A DNA stretch of 64,000 bases from an uncultured Eubacteriales bacterium (GTDB lineage: Bacteria > Bacillota > Clostridia > Oscillospirales > UBA644): assembly GCA_934454405.1 (NCBI GenBank), contig CAKSFN010000011.1, forward strand, positions 26,582 to 90,581, given 5' to 3'. The position numbers and the translations under genes are program-made. The notes under the pieces were generated by a model. It ran no database searches and was not told the DNA's origin. It saw only the letters and a list, made by a program, of their open reading frames with translations. This document shows, one piece after another, positions 27,915 through 37,546 of the stretch (position 1 is the first letter of the stretch; every line of letters begins with the position of its first letter).

Positions 27915-29138
27915 TTATGCCCATTCGCCGTTTATGAATATGGGCGTCGCTTTGCCGTCTTTGTAGCCCGTTATACGCATATCGGGCGCGCCTATCATAA
28001 AATCAACGTGGATAACACTGTCGTTCAGTCCGAGCTTTCGGCATTCGTCGAGCGTCATATTTTCAAAGTTTTCAACGCAGTCCGCAAAGCCCATTCCCAT
28101 CGCGATATGGCAGCTTGCGTTTTCGTCAAAGAGCGTTTCGTAAAACAGCACGCCGCTGTTGTTTATCGGGCTGTTGCACGGAATGAGCGCGAGTTCGCCT
28201 ATATATGCCGAGCCCTCGTCGGTCGTCAGCATTTTTCCGAGCAGGTCGTTGCCCTCTTCCGCCTTCCACGACGTTGCTTTGCCGTCCTTGAAGTCGATGT
28301 AAAAATTGTTGATTATATGCCCCTGATAAGAAAGCGGCTTTGTGCTGACAACTCTGCCCTCCGCTTTACCCTTCATCGGACTTGTGAAGATCTCCTCCGT
28401 CGGCAGGTTCGGATTGAAAACCGTTCCCGAAAGCGTTTTGTCGCATCCGCCGTGCCAAACGCCCTGCGGCATAAGCCCGACTTTCAGGTTCGTTCCGTTC
28501 GAGGAACTGTATTCTATCGTGTCAAACTTGCAGTTATTGAGAAAGCCGCTCCGCTCCGCAAAGGTTTTGTTGTGCTTCTCCCACGCTTCGGCAGGGTCGT
28601 TGTCCTCCGTTATGCGGACAGCCGCCATTATCTGCGCCCAAAGCTTTTCAACGGCAACGCTCTTTCTGTCATTCGGGAAAACCTTTTTCGCCCACGCCGC
28701 GGTCGGAACCGCCGCAATCGTCCATTGATGTCTGTTTTCTATCTTGTCGCGGTACGGCTTCATAATTTTGGAAACCGCGATATTGGCTTTTTGAAGCTTG
28801 TCAACATTGACGCCTTTTATACCGTCGGGATCTTCTCCTATAAGGTGGATACGGCAGGGAAGCTCCTCGGTCATCAGCTGCATTTTTTCCTTTTGCCATT
28901 CGGGAACTTCGGAAAGAGATTTCAGCGTTCTGTTTTTATAGGAAAGCTTCGTTACCGGCTGGCAGCGCCATTCAACCGAAACGCAGCTTGCGCCCGCCCT
29001 GTAGCACTCTGCGACAACGAGCGGCGTAAATTCGTAAAGCTCCGCTTCGGAGTAAACGATCACTTTTTGTCCTTTTTGAACGTTCGCGCCCACACGCGCA
29101 ATGAGTTTTGCATATTTTTTCAAAAGGCTTTTTTTCAT
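27915..29138 (-). CDS. aminopeptidase, M29 family (AmpS/PepS-like)
   Basis: 407 aa. Its length and motifs fit the thermophilic metalloprotease M29 family (N-terminal KKYAKLIARVGANVQKGQKV, C-terminal HIAMGMGF, VIHVDFMIG). Confidence 0.8.
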   Translation of the reverse strand: MKKSLLKKYAKLIARVGANVQKGQKVIVYSEAELYEFTPLVVAECYRAGASCVSVEWRCQPVTKLSYKNRTLKSLSEVPEWQKEKMQLMTEELPCRIHLIGEDPDGIKGVNVDKLQKANIAVSKIMKPYRDKIENRHQWTIAAVPTAAWAKKVFPNDRKSVAVEKLWAQIMAAVRITEDNDPAEAWEKHNKTFAERSGFLNNCKFDTIEYSSSNGTNLKVGLMPQGVWHGGCDKTLSGTVFNPNLPTEEIFTSPMKGKAEGRVVSTKPLSYQGHIINNFYIDFKDGKATSWKAEEGNDLLGKMLTTDEGSAYIGELALIPCNSPINNSGVLFYETLFDENASCHIAMGMGFADCVENFENMTLDECRKLGLNDSVIHVDFMIGAPDMRITGYKDGKATPIFINGEWA

Positions 29139-29171
29139 TTTTAAGGTCTCCCTTGAATTTTTTTATCGTAT

Positions 29172-31553
29172 TTAATTGATTTTTACAAACGCAATATCGG
29201 AAACCCCGATAAGGAAATTCTCATTATTCTCTCCCGTGTTGAAGAGGTCTATTCTTTTGATGTTTGTGAGCTTCTGTCCCACCTCATAAACCTTGTCGAG
29301 CGGGATGTAGACGGTTTTTGTCTTTCCCGGGTCAAGAGCAAATCCGGCGGGGATGTTTACCGTCGCCCTGTTCGTCACCACCGCCACGGTCATTCCGAGT
29401 AGGAACGAAGAAGTTCTGTTCGTCATCGTTACGGCTATGTGGGTGATGTCGGTCAGTTTTGACGTATCCAGATGTCCGAGGTTTTTGATGTTGAATTTTG
29501 CGATGTTGTTTCTGTCGCGAAGGTCAAGCTCTATGTTGCCTTCATTGAACCCGATAACCGCGTTTCGGGAAGAATTCTTAACAACGGCGCAGTCCTCCGC
29601 CGTGATTCCCTCCTCGGCAAAAATGCTGTAAACGCTTGTTTTATCAACGCTTTTCGCATAAACGGTTTTTATGACGGTCTCTTCGTTTATTTTTATATTC
29701 AGGTCTTGTCTTGCTTCACGGCAGTTGACTGTGAGCGTATATTTTGATATGTTTTCGTTTACCGCCGTTTCTGCCGTTTCTTCGCCGTTTACGGAAACGG
29801 AAGCGCCTTTCGGAGCGTAGACAGTAACATAACGGATGTAGAAAAGCGTGTCGTTCGAGTCCGTAACGACGGATATGAGCGGCGCGTTTTCGTCAAACGT
29901 CAGAATGTCTTCATAAGTCTTTGTAAGTATTTGTTTATATGCTTTTTGGCTGTCGGAATAAACTCCGTCTATCTGCGTGTCGAGCGCGTTTTTTGCGTTG
30001 GAGTAATACAACCCCATTAATTCGTTGATGAGTGCGTCCGAATAGATGCCCGCTTTTTCCGCCGCGGTCTTCAACTGCTGTTCTCTTGTTGTCAACAGTT
30101 CATAGTATTCGCCGCCCTCGCGCAGATAGCGCAGGCGTATGCTTTCGCAGATAATGTTGTCGTTTGTTATGCCTTTGCCTTTTTGCCCGGGGTAGAAGAA
30201 TGTCGCTCCGCCGCCTCGGGGATCCCATATTTCTCCGGGGAGGAAGCAGTAAACATCGTTCCACATATCCCTGCACAATGTCAGATTTTCTTCTTTATAT
30301 GAATCAAAAGTGCCCGAATGGTATATCGACCATATAAGCATGCCGTCAAAGTCAAATTCTTTTGTTTCGGAGAAGTGCGCCATTGTGTATGCCAGCGAAT
30401 TGTCGGCTATCTGCCCCGACTCGTTTTCGTAACGCCACATCGTTGCGCCCGTTTCCTTTATTCTCCGTCTGAGGTCGGCATTATGCGCGGGAACATCGCT
30501 CAGACACCAGAATTTCAGATGCCCGAGAAGCCCCATCTGCACCGAGTTCGTGGGGCAAAGGTCTTTCAGGTCGGGAATAAATTCGTTAAGGTAATCAAGA
30601 TATGTGCAGATATCGGGCACCATGCTCGAAGTCGGCTCGTCGCGCGTGTAAATGTAGCATCTGTCGAGAACCCCGTTCTCGCGCAGTATGTCACAGATGA
30701 CTTTTAATCGTTCCAGCTGCCACAGATCGATGTTCAGACAGGTGATCCTGTCATCGGCTTTGAGCGAATCAACAATATAATCAGCGTATTCTTCGTCCGT
30801 TTCAAAGTCCCAATGTCCTTTTGCAAGCGTGGACGGCGTAAATCTGCTTCTGAGCAGCTTTTCACGCAGATCCGTTTCAAGTTCGTGCCATTCCTCTTCG
30901 GGAAGACCGGGAAACTCTTCTCTTACTCTGACGAACACTGCGCCGTAAGTGTCAAGAGAAGATTTCAGAGGAATATCAACGTCAAGAACATTTATTTCAA
31001 CGGGAATATCAAATTTTGTCCCTCCGAAAGAGACCGTCGCAACGCCCGTGTAAAGCCCCGCTTCCGTTCCGAGAGGCACTTCCGCGTCGAACCAAAGCGC
31101 GCAGTTATGCCCCGCTTCCGTTTTGAGTTCGTCCGCCGTTTTGTCCACGGGAATGAGAGCGTCGGGGTAATATGTATTCTCCGAAATCGTCGGAATTGGG
31201 TGGAAGTATTCTCTGTAAGCGGAAAAACAGCCGTCGGGCAGAGTCTCTCCGTTTTCATTTGAAAAAGAACCGACCTCAACGCTTATTTTTCCTATCTCGG
31301 AAACTTTGTCCCTGAAAATGAACTGTGCGCTTCCGAGGTCGTTTCTTCCGATATCGAAGCGAAGCTTTTTTTCAATCGTTTTCGGGATTGCCTCGCTCCG
31401 CTCAAGCTTGACGGAGGACGGGATTATGCTTGCGTGAATGCTGCCGCTTTTGAAAGCGTAATCGTCTGCGCGAACGGAAACCGTACATCCGCAAACGGAC
31501 AGTGCAAGCGATAAAAGCAGGATGAGAGCGACGGCTTTTTTCATGGTTTTCAT
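29172..31553 (-). CDS. large secreted lipoprotein, possibly glycoside-hydrolase-like (DUF4091/GH123-like); function unknown
   Basis: 793 aa. Signal with lipobox LLLSLALSVCGC. Its ATG overlaps the folC stop (ATGA). An alternative start at ATG 31544 has better RBS spacing. The domain call rests only on remembered family patterns such as FWC...TGATMWRYEN. Confidence 0.5.
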   Translation of the reverse strand: MKTMKKAVALILLLSLALSVCGCTVSVRADDYAFKSGSIHASIIPSSVKLERSEAIPKTIEKKLRFDIGRNDLGSAQFIFRDKVSEIGKISVEVGSFSNENGETLPDGCFSAYREYFHPIPTISENTYYPDALIPVDKTADELKTEAGHNCALWFDAEVPLGTEAGLYTGVATVSFGGTKFDIPVEINVLDVDIPLKSSLDTYGAVFVRVREEFPGLPEEEWHELETDLREKLLRSRFTPSTLAKGHWDFETDEEYADYIVDSLKADDRITCLNIDLWQLERLKVICDILRENGVLDRCYIYTRDEPTSSMVPDICTYLDYLNEFIPDLKDLCPTNSVQMGLLGHLKFWCLSDVPAHNADLRRRIKETGATMWRYENESGQIADNSLAYTMAHFSETKEFDFDGMLIWSIYHSGTFDSYKEENLTLCRDMWNDVYCFLPGEIWDPRGGGATFFYPGQKGKGITNDNIICESIRLRYLREGGEYYELLTTREQQLKTAAEKAGIYSDALINELMGLYYSNAKNALDTQIDGVYSDSQKAYKQILTKTYEDILTFDENAPLISVVTDSNDTLFYIRYVTVYAPKGASVSVNGEETAETAVNENISKYTLTVNCREARQDLNIKINEETVIKTVYAKSVDKTSVYSIFAEEGITAEDCAVVKNSSRNAVIGFNEGNIELDLRDRNNIAKFNIKNLGHLDTSKLTDITHIAVTMTNRTSSFLLGMTVAVVTNRATVNIPAGFALDPGKTKTVYIPLDKVYEVGQKLTNIKRIDLFNTGENNENFLIGVSDIAFVKIN

Positions 31554-32812
31554 CCTTTCAAAGTGTTTCGGACGCTTTCCGAGACGTCGTTGTACGAATA
31601 AAGAGAACCTATTGCAAGAACAGGTTTTTTATATGAAAGGGCGATATTAACACCCTCTTTTATACTGTTTGCGGCGCGCGCGTTTGCCCCCGCTTCGCAA
31701 AACTCTTCCGCAAGCGCTTCCGCGGGGAGCGCGCGCGGAGACGGCGGCGCGATACATATCACGCGGTCGGCGATCTTTGCAAGTTCTTCCGCCATTTCGC
31801 CGTGCGCCTTGTCCGCAAGAATGCCGACAAGCAGATTTATCTTTTTATCCCCGAAATATGCGCGGACGCTTTCGACCGCCGCGCGGACGCCCTGCGGATT
31901 GTGTCCGCCGTCATAAAGCACAACGGGTTCGTCCGCTATCTTTTCAAACCGCGCCTGCCAGCGCGCGCAGGCAAGCCCTTCACGAACGGCGTCTTCGGAG
32001 ATCTCGAGCCCGTGTTTTCTCAAAACGTCAATCGCTGCCAGCACCGTTGCCGCGTTGGCAGGCTGATAAAGCCCGAGCAGGCGAATAAAATATTCTTTGC
32101 CGTCAAATTCAAATTCCGTTCCGTCAAGCGTTGTCGAAAGTATTTTGAGCAAATCGGGATTTTTGACCGTCAGTTCCGAATGTTTTTCTTCGCACTCTTT
32201 TTCTATGACGGCAAGAGCTTTTTCGTCGTTGCCGCCGTAAAGCGCGGGACAGTTTTCTTTGATTATACCCGCCTTTTCCCATGCGATTTTTTCTATCGTG
32301 TCGCCGAGAATTTCCGTGTGGTCAAACGCTATTCCCGTTATGACCGAAAGCAGGCTGTTTTTTATCACATTGGTCGAATCGTATCTTCCGCCCAGCCCGA
32401 CTTCAAGAACAACGACGTCGCATTTTGTTTCGTAAAACCATAAAAACGCCGCGGCGGTGATGAAATCGAAAGACGAGGGCTGCGTTTTCATAGTGTCCGC
32501 TTTTTTTCTGACCCTTTCGAAAAGGTCGTTTATGTCGCCTTCCGCTATCGGAAGCCCGTTCACCCGTATGCGGTCGTTAAAAACAACTATGTACGGAGAG
32601 GTGTAAAGCCCCGTTTTATATCCCTGTTTTTGAAGAACGGAGCTCAGCATCGAGCAAAAAGAACCCTTGCCGTTCGTTCCCGCAACGTGGATAAAACGCA
32701 GCTTGTCCTGCGGATTGCCGAGCAGAGAAAGAAGCTCTTTTTCGCAGTCCGTGCCGAACCTCGAGCCTATCAGACGGAGTTTTTCGAGATATTTTTCGTT
32801 TTCTTCGTTCAT
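31550..32812 (-). CDS. folC: bifunctional folylpolyglutamate synthase / dihydrofolate synthase
   Basis: 420 aa. P-loop HVAGTNGKGS and a Mur-ligase fold. ATGA overlap with the folT stop. Confidence 0.9.
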   Translation of the reverse strand: MNEENEKYLEKLRLIGSRFGTDCEKELLSLLGNPQDKLRFIHVAGTNGKGSFCSMLSSVLQKQGYKTGLYTSPYIVVFNDRIRVNGLPIAEGDINDLFERVRKKADTMKTQPSSFDFITAAAFLWFYETKCDVVVLEVGLGGRYDSTNVIKNSLLSVITGIAFDHTEILGDTIEKIAWEKAGIIKENCPALYGGNDEKALAVIEKECEEKHSELTVKNPDLLKILSTTLDGTEFEFDGKEYFIRLLGLYQPANAATVLAAIDVLRKHGLEISEDAVREGLACARWQARFEKIADEPVVLYDGGHNPQGVRAAVESVRAYFGDKKINLLVGILADKAHGEMAEELAKIADRVICIAPPSPRALPAEALAEEFCEAGANARAANSIKEGVNIALSYKKPVLAIGSLYSYNDVSESVRNTLKG

Positions 32813-33366
32813 TGCGCGTCACCTCTCATCCGTCCGAAAAAAGTCCTCGCGCCTTTATTCAGCACAACAAGGCGGATAATGACCGTTATCGCTGTGTAAT
32901 TTATCGCGAAAGACGGAAGCCGTCCCAGTAAGTAGGGCAGAAAAGGCGCGCCGTTTGAATACCACAGCCACAGCCCGAACGACGTCACAAGCGCCGAGCC
33001 TGCCGCGGCGGCGGGAAAGATCGACAGAAAAAGACGGAGCGTCAGCGGCAGTTTTACAAAAACATAATTGTAAAATATGCCGGAAAGGAAAGCCGTCAGC
33101 GTGAAGCCGAGCGTTATTATCGGATTTATCGCGTATCCGGCAAGCAGACATCCGAGCAGATCGGCGACCGCCGCTGCCGCCGCGCCCGCGACGGGCGAAA
33201 TGTAGATGGCGGCGAACACCACGGGCAGGGCCCCGAGCCCCACGCGTATCGAAGTTCCTATCGGTATCATAACGAACTTGTCAAGCGCGACGGTCATCGC
33301 AACGCAAAGCCCCATAATCGCAAGCGATTTCGGTGAGAAGAGAGTTGTTTTTGAGTTTTGTTTCAT
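32809..33366 (-). CDS. folT: ECF-transporter S component for folate (FolT family)
   Basis: 185 aa from ATG 33366, after AGGAGG. It is a small protein with about 5-6 TM segments, lies directly upstream of folC, and is preceded by a THF riboswitch. Confidence 0.75.
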   Translation of the reverse strand: MKQNSKTTLFSPKSLAIMGLCVAMTVALDKFVMIPIGTSIRVGLGALPVVFAAIYISPVAGAAAAAVADLLGCLLAGYAINPIITLGFTLTAFLSGIFYNYVFVKLPLTLRLFLSIFPAAAAGSALVTSFGLWLWYSNGAPFLPYLLGRLPSFAINYTAITVIIRLVVLNKGARTFFGRMRGDAQ

Positions 33367-33408
33367 ATAAAATGCCTCCTTTCCCGTTTTGCCACAAAAA
33401 GGAGGCGC

Positions 33409-33457
33409 AAAAAAACGGCGAAAGTCCGCGGATTTATTCCGTGTCCCCGTCGCCGCC
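33409..33457 (-). terminator. riboswitch expression-platform terminator
   Basis: On the minus strand, a CGGCGA...TCGCCG stem followed by TTTTTTT. It lies between the aptamer and the folT RBS. Confidence 0.55.
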
Positions 33458-33478
33458 GTGTATCTCCGAGATTGCCAC

Positions 33479-33601
33479 AACAGCGGGATGCGAACGCAAA
33501 ACCGTGTCGCTTTTTGCGACTTCGTCCGCGGACAACTCCCTGTTCCGACGGCACTTCAAGCGTCTTTTTCAAAACGCTAACGCTTTGCGTTCTACTCTGT
33601 T
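33479..33601 (-). promoter_or_regulatory. THF (tetrahydrofolate, folT-motif) riboswitch aptamer
   Basis: The minus strand reads AACAGAGUAG...GCGUU...GGGAG...CGCGGACGAAG...GCAUCCCGCUGUU. This matches the conserved THF-I blocks (AGAGUAG, GCGUU, GGGA, ACGAAG, GCAUCCGCU), with P1 formed by AACAG/CUGUU. Its location upstream of folT-folC is the classic context. Confidence 0.8.
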
Positions 33602-33706
33602 AAAATGTTATATTTCAAGCGTGAAACGCCTAAAACCGTGTTATGTTTTTTATCTGACAAACCGCGAAAAAAAGAGAGAAAAAAGCCTTTTTCCGGGGTT
33701 TTTGTC

Positions 33707-34551
33707 TCAATTGCTTTCGGGCGCGACGCGTATTTTTTTCCATGTGCCGCCCTCTTTGACATACGCTTCTCCGTCCGCGCCGACCGCCCATGCGTCGGTA
33801 TATTGCGGCTCAACGGCAAAACTGCCTTTTCCGTCGATATATCCCCAGCCCTTTTCCGTTTTGACGGCGGCGTATCCGTTCTCAAAGCTCTCCGCGTCAA
33901 GAAAAACGCCCTTGATAAGCTGTTTGCCGTAAATGTTTACGAACGACCACGAACCGTTTTTGCAGACGGGCAGAAAACCCGACGAACAGTATTTGACGCT
34001 CTCGTAGGAAAAAGCGCCTATCTCCTCGCCGTCAAGCCCGATAAGCCCGTATCTGCCGCCCTTTTTAACCGCGGCGACGCCGTCCGAAAAAGGCTCCGCA
34101 TTCTCGTATGTCGGCTCGACGAGCCATTTTTTGTCTATGACGGCTCTGCCTTTATCGTTTGTGCTCTCAAAAAATGAAGGAAGCCCCATTTTCCGTCCCT
34201 GCAGACGGCGGCGTACCAGTTCCTTCTGCCGCCCGTCGAATACTCCGTGGCGGGTCGCGCGTCGTCGAATTCGGCGTCCGTCAGCGTCAACGTTCTGCCG
34301 TTGTATCTTGTTTTGTAATAATATTTTTCGTCCGAAAGCACGGGGTATACGTCGGTGTCAGATGATGTTACGAACTTTGCGCTGCGATAAACCACGCCGC
34401 TTTTTGCGGTTGCTTTTTCGTATGTTTTTGAGAAGTTTTCGCCGCTTTTCCCGAGCGTCAGACAAAGAACGAGGACAACGACAGCCGCGACGGAAAGTCC
34501 GAGCCCGATAAAAAGTCCGGCTTTTCTTTTTTTCTTTTTTGCGCGCGGCAT
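33707..34551 (-). pseudogene. membrane-anchored WG-repeat protein split by a frameshift in a homopolymer
   Basis: ORF 34551-34135 (N-terminal TM anchor ... DGKWGF) and ORF 34189-33707 (FESTNDKGRAVIDKKW... with further WG repeats) overlap in different frames. Adding one T to the T6 run (A6 on plus, 34169-34174) fuses them into a protein of about 281 aa. Confidence 0.65.
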
Positions 34552-34713
34552 GACCTCACCTCTTTCGGAGCGGCGAACGGCTGCCCCGTATTTTGTTCAT
34601 TATAACAGATCGTATTGAAAAAAGCAATAGATTTCGGAATAAAAGCATTGACTTGACACAAAAATTATACTATAATGTACTAGTAAAAATTAACAAAACA
34701 GGAGGCCTTTGCT

Positions 34714-36567
34714 ATGGAAGAAAGAGGCGGTATTTCCGTTCAGACGGAGCATATATTCCCCATAATCAAAAGATGGCTTTATTCGGATAAGGACATTTTT
34801 CTGCGCGAGATAGTGTCCAACGCAAGCGACGCGATAACAAAGCTTCGCCACCTTTGCGCGATTGGCGAGGCGCAGGGAATAGACGAGTCCTGCTACCGCA
34901 TAACGGTGACGCTTGACGAAAAGGCGAGAACCGTTTCCGTTGCCGATAACGGAATAGGTATGACCGCGGACGAGGTCAGGAATTATATAAACAACATCGC
35001 GCTTTCCGGCGCGCTTGATTTTGTGAAAAAATATGAGGGCGCGAACGCCGAAAACGACGGAATAATCGGTCATTTCGGTCTCGGCTTTTATTCCGCCTTC
35101 ATGGTCGCGGACAAGGTTGAGATAGAAACGAAGTCCTATACCGACGCCCCCGCCGTTAAGTGGACGGGCGATCAGGACGGCAGTTTTGTTATGGAAGACT
35201 GCGAAAGAGCGGGGCGCGGAACGAAGGTTACGATGTTCCTCACCGAAGAGGATAAGGAGTTCGGCACAAAAGCCAAACTGACGGAAATTCTTGAAAAGTA
35301 TTGCGCGTTTATGCCGTTCCCGATATATCTTGAAATCGTCGGGGAGGAACCGAAAAAGGACAAGGACGGAAACGTTATTGCCCCCGAGCCGATAAACGAC
35401 ACTCAGCCGCTGTGGCAGAAGCAGGCTTCGGAATGCACGGAGGAGGAGTACGCCGAGTTTTACAAGAAAGTCTTCAACGATTACCGTGAACCGATATTCC
35501 ACATTCACCTGAACGCGGATTATCCTCTGAATTTCAAGGGTATTCTCTATTTCCCGAGAATGACGAGCGCATACGAGGGCATAGAGGGGCAGATAAAGCT
35601 TTTCTACAACCGCGTGTTCGTTGCGGACAATATCAAAGAGATAATTCCCGACTATCTTCTTATGCTCAAAGGCGTTCTCGACTGTCCCGAAATGCCGCTT
35701 AACGTTTCGAGAAGTTATTTGCAGTCGAACGCTTACGTTTCCAAGGTCAGCGCGCATATAGTCAAGAAGGTTTGCGACAAGCTCGTTTCGATGCACGATA
35801 CCGAGCCCGACAAGTTCAAAAAAGAATGGGACGAGCTGAAAACGTTTGTCAAATACGCTTCCATGCGCGACAGAAAGGTTTACGACAGGCTTAAAGACAT
35901 CGTTTTGATGGAGACCGTGGACGGCGATTATATCAGCCTTAAAGAATATCTCGAAACCGCGCGCGAAAAGGACGGCAAAAAGATCGTTTACTACGCGACC
36001 GACAAAAAGCAGCAGGCGGTCTATATCAATATGTTCAAAAACGAGGGTATCACCGTTGTCGTTCTTGCCGATTTCATCGACAACAACTATATGAGCATAG
36101 TTGAGCAGAGCGAAGAAAATGTTAAGTTCCTGCGCATAGACGCGGAGGCGGACGCCCTGAAAACGGACGGCGAAGCAGCCGAAAACGAAAAAGTTAAGGA
36201 GCTGTTCGCGAAGATAAGCGGAAACGAAGCGATGAAGATAACGTTTATGCCGCTGAAAGATACAAAAATCCCCGCGCTTCTCAATATCGACGAGGAAAGC
36301 CGCCGCTTCTCCGAAATGATGAAGATGTACGCCGCGGCGTCGAAGAAGATGCAGGAGGATCTGCCGCAGCAGGCGACGCTTGTTCTGAACACCGAAAACG
36401 AGCTTATCAAAAAGCTCGGCAGGAACTGCGAAAACGGCGCGTCGGACATCGACGAGGCGATAGCGAGACAGATATATACGCTTGCGCTCATCGGACAGAG
36501 ACAGCTGACGGCCGCCGAACTTGAGGCGTTTCTCGACAACAGCTACGGCCTGCTTGAAAAGCTGTGA
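34714..36567 (+). CDS. htpG: molecular chaperone HtpG (Hsp90)
   Basis: 617 aa. GHKL ATPase N-terminus IFLREIVSNASDAITKLR, GIGMT, GHFGLGFYSAF. RBS AGGAGG. Confidence 0.95.
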   Translation: MEERGGISVQTEHIFPIIKRWLYSDKDIFLREIVSNASDAITKLRHLCAIGEAQGIDESCYRITVTLDEKARTVSVADNGIGMTADEVRNYINNIALSGALDFVKKYEGANAENDGIIGHFGLGFYSAFMVADKVEIETKSYTDAPAVKWTGDQDGSFVMEDCERAGRGTKVTMFLTEEDKEFGTKAKLTEILEKYCAFMPFPIYLEIVGEEPKKDKDGNVIAPEPINDTQPLWQKQASECTEEEYAEFYKKVFNDYREPIFHIHLNADYPLNFKGILYFPRMTSAYEGIEGQIKLFYNRVFVADNIKEIIPDYLLMLKGVLDCPEMPLNVSRSYLQSNAYVSKVSAHIVKKVCDKLVSMHDTEPDKFKKEWDELKTFVKYASMRDRKVYDRLKDIVLMETVDGDYISLKEYLETAREKDGKKIVYYATDKKQQAVYINMFKNEGITVVVLADFIDNNYMSIVEQSEENVKFLRIDAEADALKTDGEAAENEKVKELFAKISGNEAMKITFMPLKDTKIPALLNIDEESRRFSEMMKMYAAASKKMQEDLPQQATLVLNTENELIKKLGRNCENGASDIDEAIARQIYTLALIGQRQLTAAELEAFLDNSYGLLEKL

Positions 36568-36602
36568 AAAAAAATTTTCGGCAATATAAAAAGATGAATA
36601 TG

Positions 36603-36642
36603 AAAAGGCTTCCGCGGGACAATGCCCGTCGGAAGCCTTTTT
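36603..36642. terminator. bidirectional terminator between htpG and the XRE gene
   Basis: AAAGGCTTCCG...CGGAAGCCTTT stem with a T-run. Confidence 0.75.
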
Positions 36643-36678
36643 GCCCGATATTTGATTTTTCGGTATTTGAGGATTCGG

Positions 36679-37182
36679 CTATTGCAGCCGTATCGCGATA
36701 TCGGAAAGAATATCGAGAGCCTCTTGCAGAACCGCGTTGTTTGAATAGACCCCCGCGTCCGCAAACTCGCAGCAGCGCTTTGCCTCACGCAGTTTTTCGG
36801 AGATGTCGTCCGCGCTTTTCGCCGTTTCCAGATACGCTTTCGCAAGCAGGGCGCACGCCTCGTCGTAAAACTCAAATTTCCCGAATCCCTGCGTCGCGAC
36901 GGGGTCGAGCTTTTCGATGACTTTCTTGTAATCGCCTTCCGAAAAAAGGGCTTTTGCGGCGTTCAGCGTTTCCGCGTCGCCGTCCTGCGGCACAAGCACG
37001 GATATGGGAACGTCGAGCCGCTCCGCAAGATATTCGAGCGTGCTTATCGACGGAACGCAGACCCCGTTTTCGATGCGGCTTATCATATTCCGCGTGACCC
37101 TGTCGCCCGCGACCTCGCTCTGCGTCATTCTGCGCGCGGCGCGAACTTTTTTCAGTCTTTTTCCGAATTCGCTTTTGTCCAT
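36679..37182 (-). CDS. XRE-family transcriptional regulator with a helical C-terminal domain
   Basis: 167 aa. HTH LKKVRAARRMTQSEVAGDRVTRNMISRIENG. Confidence 0.8.
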   Translation of the reverse strand: MDKSEFGKRLKKVRAARRMTQSEVAGDRVTRNMISRIENGVCVPSISTLEYLAERLDVPISVLVPQDGDAETLNAAKALFSEGDYKKVIEKLDPVATQGFGKFEFYDEACALLAKAYLETAKSADDISEKLREAKRCCEFADAGVYSNNAVLQEALDILSDIAIRLQ

Positions 37183-37390
37183 GGCTTTTCTCCTCTTTTA
37201 TACTCCTGCAATTATGATTATAGCAGACGAAAAATTTCAATTTCCGTATATACGGCGAAATTTTTGAAAATATATTCCGAAAAAACCGTGACGCGCGTTT
37301 TTTCCGAACTTAAATCTCTCTTTTTTTCGGGCGGAGCAGCTCCGAAATCCCTCCAACGGTGGCATTTCTTAAAAATATAAGAGAAAATAC

Positions 37391-37419
37391 TTGAAAAACA
37401 TATTAAATAATGCTATAAT
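37391..37419 (+). promoter_or_regulatory. sigma-A promoter of the smc operon (TTGAAA-17-TATAAT)
   Basis: TTGAAA at 37391-37396, a 17-nt spacer and TATAAT at 37414-37419. Confidence 0.65.
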
Positions 37420-37546
37420 ATATATCATAACTTCTTATGGCTTTCGCCGCGCTTTTTATCGGCGGCGACGGCTTTGCCGGAACAGGGCTTTTTCGAGCCT
37501 TTTCCGGCGTAAAAGGGTATGCGAAAAGAAAGGACGGCGGTTTCAG

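Noticed and set aside
27864-29144. 426-aa plus-strand ORF covering the whole aminopeptidase locus.
   Set aside because: It is exactly antisense to a well-supported M29 aminopeptidase gene. It has no RBS, and its composition is low-complexity and Arg/Phe/Val-rich, typical of the reverse frame of purine-rich coding DNA.
33367-33480. 38-aa N-terminal extension of folT.
   Set aside because: It would read through the riboswitch terminator and aptamer. ATG 33366 has an AGGAGG RBS.
34690-35796. 368-aa minus-strand ORF.
   Set aside because: It is antisense to htpG, has no recognisable motifs and no RBS. It is a mirror-frame artefact.
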